DNA of 33,108 nucleotides from a virus. Lineage: Duplodnaviria; Caudoviricetes. The DNA lies in IMG/VR virus record IMGVR_UViG_3300024187_000018, positions 1 through 33,108 of that record. One strand, written 5' to 3'. Shown in pieces: positions 17,409 through 24,466 of the stretch (position 1 is the stretch's first letter; each line of letters begins with the position of its first letter). Made by a program: the position numbers and the translations under genes. The notes under the pieces are model-generated. The model worked only from the letters and a program-made list of their open reading frames with translations, did no database searches and had not been told where the DNA came from.

Positions 17409-17502
17409 CTGGCTCTGCCCGATCTGCCGCCAGGGATTCTCCGACGCCCAGGACTTCATCCGGCATCTCGACGAAGAATCACAGGAAAAGGCTAAGGAAT
17501 GA
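17401..17502 (+). CDS. 33-aa C2H2-like zinc-finger microprotein
   Basis: MSDWLCPICRQGFSDAQDFIRHLDEESQEKAKE; overlaps both neighbours. Confidence 0.55.
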   Translation: MSDWLCPICRQGFSDAQDFIRHLDEESQEKAKE

Positions 17503-17708
17503 CGCACGAAGACGCGCTTCGCGTTGCTTCGGTGATCGTCCAGGCCGATGGCGGCTGCAGCCATTGCGTCAGACAGCTAGTCGCCGAGTGCCGCAAGCGC
17601 TGGCCGGAATTCGATTGGCAAGACTTTGCCGCTAGAGTCCTTGAGACGAACGGCGAGGATTACCTAGCCAGCTGCATCAGGGAACCCGTTGAAGATGAAA
17701 CCAGTTAG
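17499..17708 (+). CDS. Hypothetical protein with CxxC
   Basis: ATGA coupling; 'ADGGCSHCV' motif. Confidence 0.65.
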   Translation: MTHEDALRVASVIVQADGGCSHCVRQLVAECRKRWPEFDWQDFAARVLETNGEDYLASCIREPVEDETS

Positions 17709-17853
17709 CTACCTCCAACCGCCAAAGCCACCCGCCGACACCCGCTTCTTCATCCGCCTGTCGTCCTTGAGCTATGGCGAGCTCGCCGGGCTGCTCGCGA
17801 TGGCGTGGGCGTTCGGGTTCTGCTGCGGCTTCCTCTTAGGCTTCAGACCCTAA
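17695..17853 (+). CDS. Small membrane protein
   Basis: 52 aa, MKPVSYLQPP...LAGLLAMAWAFGFCCGFLLGFRP, C-terminal hydrophobic helix. Confidence 0.5.
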   Translation: MKPVSYLQPPKPPADTRFFIRLSSLSYGELAGLLAMAWAFGFCCGFLLGFRP

Positions 17854-17994
17854 GCCGCTTTGCGGTTAAGCGGCGAGAATGCGAATCCCGCAAAATACCA
17901 CCTGCGAGGCCGCCAGAGCCACGCGACCCCCTAACTCAAGGGGCCGGACGATTAGCTGTTTACAAACGGCTATGGCGCGTCCTAATTTAGCCTC

Positions 17995-18492
17995 ATGGAA
18001 ATGCATGTGGTGGTCGAAGCTGATGCCGACAAGTCCTGGCGTGCGGTCGTGTACGGTGGAGTCCCGCGGCTTTTCTACCACGGATGGCTCATTCTACGCG
18101 CCGAGGTGCTTAAGCGCGATCGCTACAAATGCAAAGTCCGCGGCTGTAACGTCCGCGGAACCTCTCGCCTTACCGCGCACCACATTCTCCCCCGCAAATT
18201 CGATGGGCTCGATATTGTCGACAACTTGGTTGCCTTGTGTCCCGACCATCACGATAAGATCGAGGAAGAATGGCGACGGTACTCGACCCTAAGTCTAATC
18301 GAAAATTTCTGTGAAGAAGGCTCGAAAACCCCAGACCAGCGCCTGCACCGAGTGCGGAACGGAGTTTGTTCGCTCACGTACCGATCGGGTCTACTGTTCG
18401 CAAAAATGTCGCTGGAGGGTGTGGAATCGCCGCTATCCACGCCCGAAGGCTCCGATCGAGCCCGCGGCAATCGGCAGCTGAAACTCTTTTAG
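17995..18492 (+). CDS. HNH endonuclease
   Basis: 'W..LR.EVLKRDRYKC...C...LTAHHI.P...G....DNLVALCPDHH'. Start codon uncertain. Confidence 0.88.
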   Translation: MEMHVVVEADADKSWRAVVYGGVPRLFYHGWLILRAEVLKRDRYKCKVRGCNVRGTSRLTAHHILPRKFDGLDIVDNLVALCPDHHDKIEEEWRRYSTLSLIENFCEEGSKTPDQRLHRVRNGVCSLTYRSGLLFAKMSLEGVESPLSTPEGSDRARGNRQLKLF

Positions 18493-18794
18493 CGGATCTC
18501 CGGCCACCGGCTTTCGTCCTGTTCCCGCCAGCGCTGCTTCACCCGGTGCCAAAGCAGTACCCCGGATAGCCACTGGTCGTAGCCGTAGCCTTTCTCCGGG
18601 TCGGCTGACCGCGAAACCGACCCGCGGAGGTGCTGCTCGAGCCCGTCCGTCGAATGGTAATCCAGGTAGTGCTGCGCCCGATACTGCCCGATCCGGCTTC
18701 CGAGCTCCCGGCGCAAAGCCTCCGGCGGATCGCATTTCGGGCAAAGCGTCGTTGTCTTCTCTTCGATTCCGCCAGCTAGCCTAGCCTTCCCCAT
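18489..18794 (-). CDS. Hypothetical protein downstream of replication initiator
   Basis: 101 aa, CPKC, overlaps the initiator stop. Confidence 0.55.
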   Translation of the reverse strand: MGKARLAGGIEEKTTTLCPKCDPPEALRRELGSRIGQYRAQHYLDYHSTDGLEQHLRGSVSRSADPEKGYGYDQWLSGVLLWHRVKQRWREQDESRWPEIR

Positions 18795-19614
18795 AGCGGC
18801 CCTCCGTCACCTTCACGCAATTCACGTCGTTTTGGACGAGCCAATCGAAGCTTGCCCGCCAATTCGGATGCCCGTTCGCCGGCTTCGATCTCCCCTGGAG
18901 GAAAGCCGAGCGGCGGATGCTCGCAAAGACCGACTGCCAGAATTCCACCTTGGGATGCTCTCTAAGGCGAGCCATCACCCGCTGGCGCCTCGAGCCCCGG
19001 ACCTCCTTTACGACGGGAAGCCCCAGCGGCTGACAGACCTCGTTCCAGGTATCCATCAGTTCCTCCGGAGAGATCGGTTTTTCCTCTCCCGGAGGCGAAG
19101 CCTCTGGCTCGACTCCATTCGTCCCGTGAGGGACGAGAATCTCCGTAGGAGATTCTAATTCTTTAGTACGGCTAGGTACGGCTAGGAGTGACGCCGCGTG
19201 ACGCCGCGTGACGCCGCGTGACGTTTCCGTCACGTTTCGTGATGCGTCCGTCACGTTTCGTGACGTTCTGGCTTTATCGCGCATTCTTGAACGGTACTCC
19301 CTGGCTCGGTGCGCGTCGGTCTGAACTGCCTCTTGAGCATCGAGGTACTTCGGCATGACGAGTGTGCGATCGCCCATCTCGAGCACTTCCTCAGCTATGA
19401 GGCGAGGCAGCCCGATCTCCACGATCTCGACCGGCAGTCCGGTAGTCATGGCGATGGCTTGCGCCGGGTCTCGACCGCCAATCTCGAGCACGCCGCTTCG
19501 GTCGAGCTTCCGAAGCGTGAGGGCCAGTACCGTCTGACCCTGCCAGCCTAACGCCGTCCAGGTAATCGTGTCCCGGACGTAGAGACGAACGTAACGCTCT
19601 GAAGCGAAGTCCAT
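18781..19614 (-). CDS. Phage replication initiator/replisome organiser
   Basis: N-terminal wHTH-like region, repeat-encoded linker (SRNVT), C-terminal 'WRASFDWL...N..KV.EGRY' domain typical of phage initiators. Confidence 0.85.
   Translation of the reverse strand: MDFASERYVRLYVRDTITWTALGWQGQTVLALTLRKLDRSGVLEIGGRDPAQAIAMTTGLPVEIVEIGLPRLIAEEVLEMGDRTLVMPKYLDAQEAVQTDAHRAREYRSRMRDKARTSRNVTDASRNVTETSRGVTRRHAASLLAVPSRTKELESPTEILVPHGTNGVEPEASPPGEEKPISPEELMDTWNEVCQPLGLPVVKEVRGSRRQRVMARLREHPKVEFWQSVFASIRRSAFLQGRSKPANGHPNWRASFDWLVQNDVNCVKVTEGRYGEG
19151..19266. repeat. Putative replication origin: iterons plus AT-rich patch inside the initiator gene
   Basis: GTGACGCCGC x3 (19188-19217), CCGTCACGTTTCGTGA x2 at 21-bp period, GTACGGCTAG x2 (19166-19185), AT-rich GATTCTAATTCTTTA. 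Confidence 0.8.
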
Positions 19615-19632
19615 GTTGCGACTCCGCCCCAG

Positions 19633-19842
19633 TTATGCTGCGCCGCTAGGTTCCTCTCCCCGCGGCGGACCCACGCTCGGCGTCAATAGCCGCTCGAGAT
19701 CTCCCCTGCGTACCCGCCGGTAATTCGATGCCGGCACCGCGATCTTCGGCAGCACCCCACGCTTCACCCAAAGCCTCAAAGTCACAGAGGAAATCCCGGC
19801 AAGCAAAGCCGCTTCCTCGTAGGTCAGCAAGTCACTCATCAT
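19633..19842 (-). CDS. Excisionase/MerR-like HTH DNA-binding protein
   Basis: MMSDLLTYEEAALLAGISSVTLRLWVKRGVLP...RRVRRGDLERLL; start moved to the ATG after AAGGGGG. Confidence 0.85.
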   Translation of the reverse strand: MMSDLLTYEEAALLAGISSVTLRLWVKRGVLPKIAVPASNYRRVRRGDLERLLTPSVGPPRGEEPSGAA

Positions 19843-19989
19843 GCCCCCTTTCGAGCCACCGCCCCAGCCGGCCCTAATGCCGACCCGTATCCTTGCGCTT
19901 CTTATCGCAGGCTGACGGCACTCGCGCAACGATTTCGGAACACTTTCTTAACCGTCGCGCAATACCACCAACTACGTATTTTTGTCTAT

Positions 19990-20385
19990 TTACAGCGGCA
20001 AATCTAACTGCGTCGGCTTGTGATGCGGCCGGTAAGTGCAAAGCCGAATCGGCAACTCCCGGTATCTCTCGACCTGCCTAGACCAGCGGAATTCCGCTAG
20101 CCGAAAGCGCTTGCCCGAAAGCAGCTCTTGCCTCATGCACCCGTAGTCCACGCCGAGATACGAGCAAGCCTCTCTCGCCGTGACGTAACCGAGCGAGCCC
20201 TCGAGGAGCCAAAGCTTAGCTTCTCGCTGCTCCTTCCCGCCGGGCAGGAAGTAGTCGTGAAGCGCTGAGACGAGCAGGTCAGCGACCAGCCGCCTCTCGC
20301 CCAGCGCTCTCGCGTTAGCTTGGGCGGTTGCCTGGATCGGCAGGAAGGTTTCGTAGCTCCAGAGCGTCCCTTCGTCCAGCATCAC
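19990..20385 (-). CDS. Helical hypothetical protein, possible transcription regulator
   Basis: 'ERRLVADLLVSALHDY...EAKLWL...EACSYLGVDY..MRQEL' pattern; follows RusA. Confidence 0.55.
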   Translation of the reverse strand: MMLDEGTLWSYETFLPIQATAQANARALGERRLVADLLVSALHDYFLPGGKEQREAKLWLLEGSLGYVTAREACSYLGVDYGCMRQELLSGKRFRLAEFRWSRQVERYRELPIRLCTYRPHHKPTQLDLPL

Positions 20386-20777
20386 GGAATCTCCCTCCGC
20401 TCATGCACGTCTACCTCCGTCCTCTCTGACTCAGACTCTACCTTCTCCGCTACGATTTTCGTAATCCGGCAGTCGTTGAACCCAAGCGCCTTCGACGCCA
20501 TGTCCAAAACCGGCTTTATCCGGTTATCGAGATCGATCCTCCGCCACTGTGACTCCGCCCGCTTCCCCGAGGTCTGCCACCCCCCGTAGAGCCGGAGATC
20601 CACGTAGAGCTCGGAGTCAGGCCCCAAGTGCGGCTGGCGTGCCTTCTGCCCGAGCATGTGCAGGTAACAAGCCTCCATCCAGGCGCGTGCTTTCGGCTCG
20701 AGCCACACCATCCGGCGGCCTTTCGAGAGGTAGTTGTTGACCGAAGGCGGCAGCCCAGGCAGGACGAAGCGGATCAC
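20382..20777 (-). CDS. rusA: RusA-family Holliday junction resolvase
   Basis: 'LPPSVNNY', 'RIDLDNRIKPVLD', 'GFNDCRI' motifs. Confidence 0.88.
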   Translation of the reverse strand: MIRFVLPGLPPSVNNYLSKGRRMVWLEPKARAWMEACYLHMLGQKARQPHLGPDSELYVDLRLYGGWQTSGKRAESQWRRIDLDNRIKPVLDMASKALGFNDCRITKIVAEKVESESERTEVDVHERREIP

Positions 20778-20992
20778 TTACGCGGCTCGCCACTTGCGAC
20801 CGAAGCCCACGCCGTAATAGCCAGCACCGCCCCGATTATCACGAGCACAAGCGCGACGGAGATTAAAACCGGGGAGAACACCCACCACCAAGACCAATCG
20901 AGCTTTCCCCAGAGTTTGGCGACCACGAAAACGATCGTCAGTAAGCCGACAAACCCGATCCCACTACTCGACGAGGAAGACGACTCCGCCAT
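20774..20992 (-). CDS. Small phage transmembrane protein
   Basis: MAESSSSSSSGIGFVGLLTIVFVVAKLWGKLDWSWWWVFSP..., a pattern common in phages. Confidence 0.8.
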   Translation of the reverse strand: MAESSSSSSSGIGFVGLLTIVFVVAKLWGKLDWSWWWVFSPVLISVALVLVIIGAVLAITAWASVASGEPRK

Positions 20993-20996
20993 GGCC

Positions 20997-21443
20997 TCAG
21001 CTCCTATCGCAAGGCGACCCGTACTGGTCCTGATAGATCCCGTTTTCGTACGCCACCGCATTCAGAAATTCGGTCCGAAGCGCCTGCGCCGGCCACCCCG
21101 CGTAATAGTGCTGGATGAAATCGTTGCAGGTGGTCCCAGGCTCCGGCATCCCGATAGCGATGGTGTTGTCGGAGAGGCAGTATTGCGACGAGCCAACCGG
21201 CGGAAAGGGACAATCCTCATCCCGCACGACGCAGCCGCGAGGCGTCAGCTCGAAAGCCCGATAGACGACTCGCGGCGCTGCCGTCGCTTTGAGCCCAAGG
21301 CATGCTTCCGCATGCTCGAACGCTGCCCGCTCCGCTGCGCTGTAGCCTTGCGAGTAGTCGAAAGGCGCGGAGTCGCCGGAGCCGCTGCCGCCGCATCCCA
21401 TCAGCACCACCACCAGCACGAGCTGTTTCAATACTCGGCCCAT
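20997..21443 (-). CDS. Putative lipoprotein
   Basis: MGRVLKQLVLVVVLMG-C lipobox, Gly/Ser tether, several Cys. Confidence 0.7.
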   Translation of the reverse strand: MGRVLKQLVLVVVLMGCGGSGSGDSAPFDYSQGYSAAERAAFEHAEACLGLKATAAPRVVYRAFELTPRGCVVRDEDCPFPPVGSSQYCLSDNTIAIGMPEPGTTCNDFIQHYYAGWPAQALRTEFLNAVAYENGIYQDQYGSPCDRS

Positions 21444-21673
21444 ATACGCACCGGGCCTTTGTCCTCGATCAATCGAACGAGCGTCGCGAAGTCGTTGTTC
21501 TTGTCGCCCGATACCGCCGCCATGCCACGCAGCACTGGTAAGTCAGCATCATCAAGGTCCATCGGGAAGTCGCGATCGAAAGCACGCTTGAGTGCTTCCA
21601 TGAAACTTGATGGAGCCCAAATTTCTAGGTCCCGTTTCTTGTCGAGCGGCTGCCAATAGATTGACGCTCCCAC
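21428..21673 (-). CDS. Hypothetical protein
   Basis: Probable GTG start at 21673 overlapping the upstream TAG; MGASIYWQP...VRIWAEY. Confidence 0.65.
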   Translation of the reverse strand: MGASIYWQPLDKKRDLEIWAPSSFMEALKRAFDRDFPMDLDDADLPVLRGMAAVSGDKNNDFATLVRLIEDKGPVRIWAEY

Positions 21674-21909
21674 TATCGCGACCCTTCCGGGCGTAGCTTT
21701 CCGACGCCCCGCGACAAGAGCCAAGCGCAAAAGCACGACGACTCGGCCAAGCCGGACGAGAGATAGAGCCTAGCCTCGACTTCGATCCGATCCTCTAAGC
21801 CTTCGTATCTCTCCACGTAGTAGCGCTCGAGCAGGCTCTCGGTCGGATTCAGAAACGCCTTGAGCTCGCTCTTTCTGACCATGCGGGTCAGCGGCACCAG
21901 CGTTGTCAT
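21673..21909 (-). CDS. Hypothetical protein
   Basis: 78 aa, ATGA coupling, GGAGG SD. Confidence 0.55.
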   Translation of the reverse strand: MTTLVPLTRMVRKSELKAFLNPTESLLERYYVERYEGLEDRIEVEARLYLSSGLAESSCFCAWLLSRGVGKLRPEGSR

Positions 21910-22277
21910 GGCTTCCCTCCAAGCGCCTTGCGCGTCAAAGGCCCGATTTGAGAACGAGCCTCATCCCGCTCAGCCGCAAGCGCGTCTGCCGTAGCTTTCC
22001 ACGCACCTAGCTCCCGCCGCGCCGCTTCGAGCTGCGTTCGGGCCTCGTCACGCTGATTAGCGACCGCATGCAAAGCGTCCACGTTGATTTCGTGGTCCTT
22101 GTGTACCTGTGAAAGTTCGGCACGCAGAGAGTCAATGGTCGTGATCGCAGCGCGAATGGCATCTATCAGTAATCCATAGTTTGGTGGCATCGATGTAAGG
22201 ATTGCTGTCGAATCCTTGCACCATTGTTCCAGCAGCGCCCGCTGTTCCGCCGTCAGCGGCTCGGCCTTGTCGCTCAC
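21906..22277 (-). CDS. Coiled-coil hypothetical protein
   Basis: GTG start (SDKAEPL...) after a GGAGG SD; heptad-rich '(Q/E)RDEAR' repeats. Confidence 0.65.
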   Translation of the reverse strand: MSDKAEPLTAEQRALLEQWCKDSTAILTSMPPNYGLLIDAIRAAITTIDSLRAELSQVHKDHEINVDALHAVANQRDEARTQLEAARRELGAWKATADALAAERDEARSQIGPLTRKALGGKP

Positions 22278-22278
22278 C

Positions 22279-22473
22279 TTAGTATCCCTCCGGTGGCTTC
22301 GGCGGCGATACCTCACCGCGAGCATGACGCGCAGCGTTCGACAGTTCATTCATTGGTATGAAACGGCACCAATGTCCGCACGTCCAGCAGAGTTCACCGG
22401 CTTGCGGCTCGTGCTCGTGCTCCGTGTGTTCACACTTCCGGCAGTAGCGCGGCGGCTCGGCCTTGTCGCTCAT
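22279..22473 (-). CDS. Small Cys/His-rich protein
   Basis: MSDKAEPPRYCRKCEH...H...CWTCGHWC. Confidence 0.65.
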   Translation of the reverse strand: MSDKAEPPRYCRKCEHTEHEHEPQAGELCWTCGHWCRFIPMNELSNAARHARGEVSPPKPPEGY

Positions 22474-22721
22474 CCCCATACGATCCCCGTTCCGCCGCAG
22501 CCGTGGCAGGCGCGCGGCAAGACTACGTTCGTAGTCTGATTGGACAGCGGCGCAGGAACGTACTCACCACTCCCGCCGCAGACCGGACAGCGGTGCGGTT
22601 GCTTCGGCGGCGTCGGCCACGTCGTGATGAACCACGGCACGTTCGCCACCGATGGATTGCACTCCGTACACCGGCACCGGCAATTCGCGCGGTGCGGACA
22701 ACCCATGCAATTACTGCTCAC
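22470..22721 (-). CDS. DnaJ-type zinc-finger microprotein
   Basis: GTG start overlapping the upstream stop; CPVCGGSG and CHGCGGTG (CxxCxGxG x2) plus a Cys-rich N-terminus. Confidence 0.7.
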   Translation of the reverse strand: MSSNCMGCPHRANCRCRCTECNPSVANVPWFITTWPTPPKQPHRCPVCGGSGEYVPAPLSNQTTNVVLPRACHGCGGTGIVWG

Positions 22722-23110
22722 TCCCCGCCCTCCATCTTCCCCGCCTCGCGGATGGCGAGGCACGCGCCACCAAGCGCGGCGCATCGATCCTGATTCGCTT
22801 GTCCAAGGCACATCGAAATAACCACGACCGGCCGACCGTCTCCTTGTCGGTATAGATGCGGCGTCTTCTCCGCTAGCCTCTCCGCCTGCCACCGCGCGGC
22901 GGCGACGGCGACGCGGAGGGCGATCGCTCTGTACCAGCCAGCGCAAGACGGATGATGACCGTCCTTGTCACACATCAAGCCAGGACACTGAAACTCGCGC
23001 TCGACGATCGCGGCGAGGTCGCTCAGCGGCTTGCACGGATGCCCGCAGGCTCGGTCCATCGTGTGCTTGTCGTTCGAGCAGCACCAACAGAGACAGGGCT
23101 TACTCGCCAT
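22718..23110 (-). CDS. Cys-rich hypothetical protein
   Basis: 130 aa, overlaps both neighbours. Confidence 0.6.
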   Translation of the reverse strand: MASKPCLCWCCSNDKHTMDRACGHPCKPLSDLAAIVEREFQCPGLMCDKDGHHPSCAGWYRAIALRVAVAAARWQAERLAEKTPHLYRQGDGRPVVVISMCLGQANQDRCAALGGACLAIREAGKMEGGE

Positions 23111-23261
23111 CGGATTGCCCCTTCGGCTTCCCGATCTCGATCGGGTAGCACACGATAGTTCCCGTGAGGTCGTCCAGGCACGTCATCGTCGGCATTTGAT
23201 AGTGATACACGCGAACTTCTGGCGTGGGCGTTGGAAGTGGTAGGGGTACGTCAGTCGCCAT
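23100..23261 (-). CDS. Small hypothetical protein
   Basis: AGGAGG SD; MATDVPLPLPTPTPEVRVY... Confidence 0.55.
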   Translation of the reverse strand: MATDVPLPLPTPTPEVRVYHYQMPTMTCLDDLTGTIVCYPIEIGKPKGQSDGE

Positions 23262-23300
23262 CACGCCCCCTCCTAGTGGCCCGCCGCGCGGCGGGGATGA

Positions 23301-23510
23301 AGGCTGGTAGGTCGGAATTGCACCGACTGTCGCGAGTTCCATCTGGGTCATCGCTCACGCTCGCCAGAAACCCCTCTCGAACCGTGGCTAGGTGGTTGCT
23401 GCCGGGGCTTTCACCCGGAGTCACTTCGCGTGACAGACTAACGTCCACAGCGCCAGGCCCTTCCCGCGTTAGGGTCATCAGCGTGTCACTGTCCACGCCG
23501 CTACCAGCCC
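23301..23510 (-). ncRNA. Structured RNA with tRNA-like closure and a nested mini tRNA-like domain
   Basis: Terminal stem GGGCUGGUAG/CUACCAGCCU, hairpin GCGUG-GACAGUGA-CACGC, T-arm GUCGG-UGCAAUU-CCGAC; inner cloverleaf at 23393-23455. Confidence 0.7.
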
Positions 23511-23956
23511 TACTCGCCATCGCGTCCCTCGCTCTCTGCCCTCGCCACGGCTCGCAGCGTGAGCGGAATCGTATGCCCGGTGCGGATGTTGATTAGACGG
23601 CAGGCCGGCATTTCGTAGTCGCTTCGTCCGGTGAATGCCTGAAAGGTGTTCTTCCAGAACCAGGCAATCGCACGATCGAGCGTCGCGGCGTTCACATACA
23701 TCGACTTGCCTTCGGATCCGATCGTTACTGCCGGGAACCAGCCCTGCTCGTCGCAGCCACACTCCATGTGCTGCGTGCTGTGCTCCTGCTTGACCCACAC
23801 CTCGCCGCTCGGCTCGGAGCGGAGCGTGTTAACGGCTTGAACAGCCTCGTTACGTTCGCGCACAACCTGTTCGACGCTCGCTCGTAGTGCGGCGATCTCC
23901 TTGCGCTGCTGATCGATTAGTGCTCGCGCGTCGCACAGCTCGTCAAAGACGGTCAC
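23510..23956 (-). CDS. Hypothetical protein (N-terminal coiled coil)
   Basis: 148 aa, GTGA coupling. Confidence 0.65.
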   Translation of the reverse strand: MTVFDELCDARALIDQQRKEIAALRASVEQVVRERNEAVQAVNTLRSEPSGEVWVKQEHSTQHMECGCDEQGWFPAVTIGSEGKSMYVNAATLDRAIAWFWKNTFQAFTGRSDYEMPACRLINIRTGHTIPLTLRAVARAESEGRDGE

Positions 23957-24339
23957 TTCGCTCCCTCGCTCTCTGCCGCCAGCGCGGCCAATGCCTCACG
24001 CACGAACGATAGCGCGCGACCGTAGTACGCTTCCGGGTCGCCGATCCGTTCCAGCCCGCAGCGCAGTTGTCCCTCTGATGCGTTCACGAGCGATCGTGCG
24101 GTCTTGAGACACTTCCGCAGCCGCTCGATCTCCCGCTGCGCAGCGGCGAGACGCGCGGCCTGAACGTCGATTGCGACTCGTGCGTTGCGTCCCAATTCCT
24201 GCTCCCTCAACAGCGCCTGTGCCAGCATTTGAATCTGCTCGCACGGATCGTCGAAGCACGAGTCGCCGCCGTCGTGCGCCTTGGGATCTGCCCACTCCTT
24301 CAACTGCTCCGGCGTGATCGCCTCGCGTTCAGTCGGCAT
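23953..24339 (-). CDS. Coiled-coil hypothetical protein
   Basis: 128 aa, AGGAG SD, 'EIERLR' motif typical of phage Ead/Ea22-like mosaic genes. Confidence 0.65.
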   Translation of the reverse strand: MPTEREAITPEQLKEWADPKAHDGGDSCFDDPCEQIQMLAQALLREQELGRNARVAIDVQAARLAAAQREIERLRKCLKTARSLVNASEGQLRCGLERIGDPEAYYGRALSFVREALAALAAESEGAK

Positions 24340-24466
24340 CGGACTCTCCTACTCGCGAGATGGCAACATACAGCCCCACGACGATGCCAACGACCGCGAG
24401 CACCAGCAGCAGCATGAGCAAGTCGGTGATCTCGTGCGCGAGCCAGAACTTGATGTACTCGATCAT
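24329..24466 (-). CDS. Small membrane protein
   Basis: MIEYIKFWLAHEITDLLMLLLVLAVVGIVVGLYVAISR..., ATGA coupling. Confidence 0.6.
   Translation of the reverse strand: MIEYIKFWLAHEITDLLMLLLVLAVVGIVVGLYVAISRVGESDAD

Noticed and set aside
17995-18492. IscB/Cas9-like RNA-guided nuclease
   Set aside because: Only ~165 aa with a lone HNH domain; no RuvC motifs or PLMP N-terminus.
19188-19266. Tandem repeats as a CRISPR array
   Set aside because: Units are 10-21 bp with no unique spacers, lie in-frame in the initiator gene, and there are no cas genes; better explained as iterons.
19633-19842. Evidence of an integration module (excisionase)
   Set aside because: The HTH is Xis-like, but no integrase or att site is visible in the window, and such HTHs are common before replication genes.
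23393-23455. Canonical tRNA gene
   Set aside because: Only ~63 nt, with a 5-nt loop at the anticodon position, an interrupted acceptor stem and no TTC in the T-loop; kept only as a tRNA-like element.
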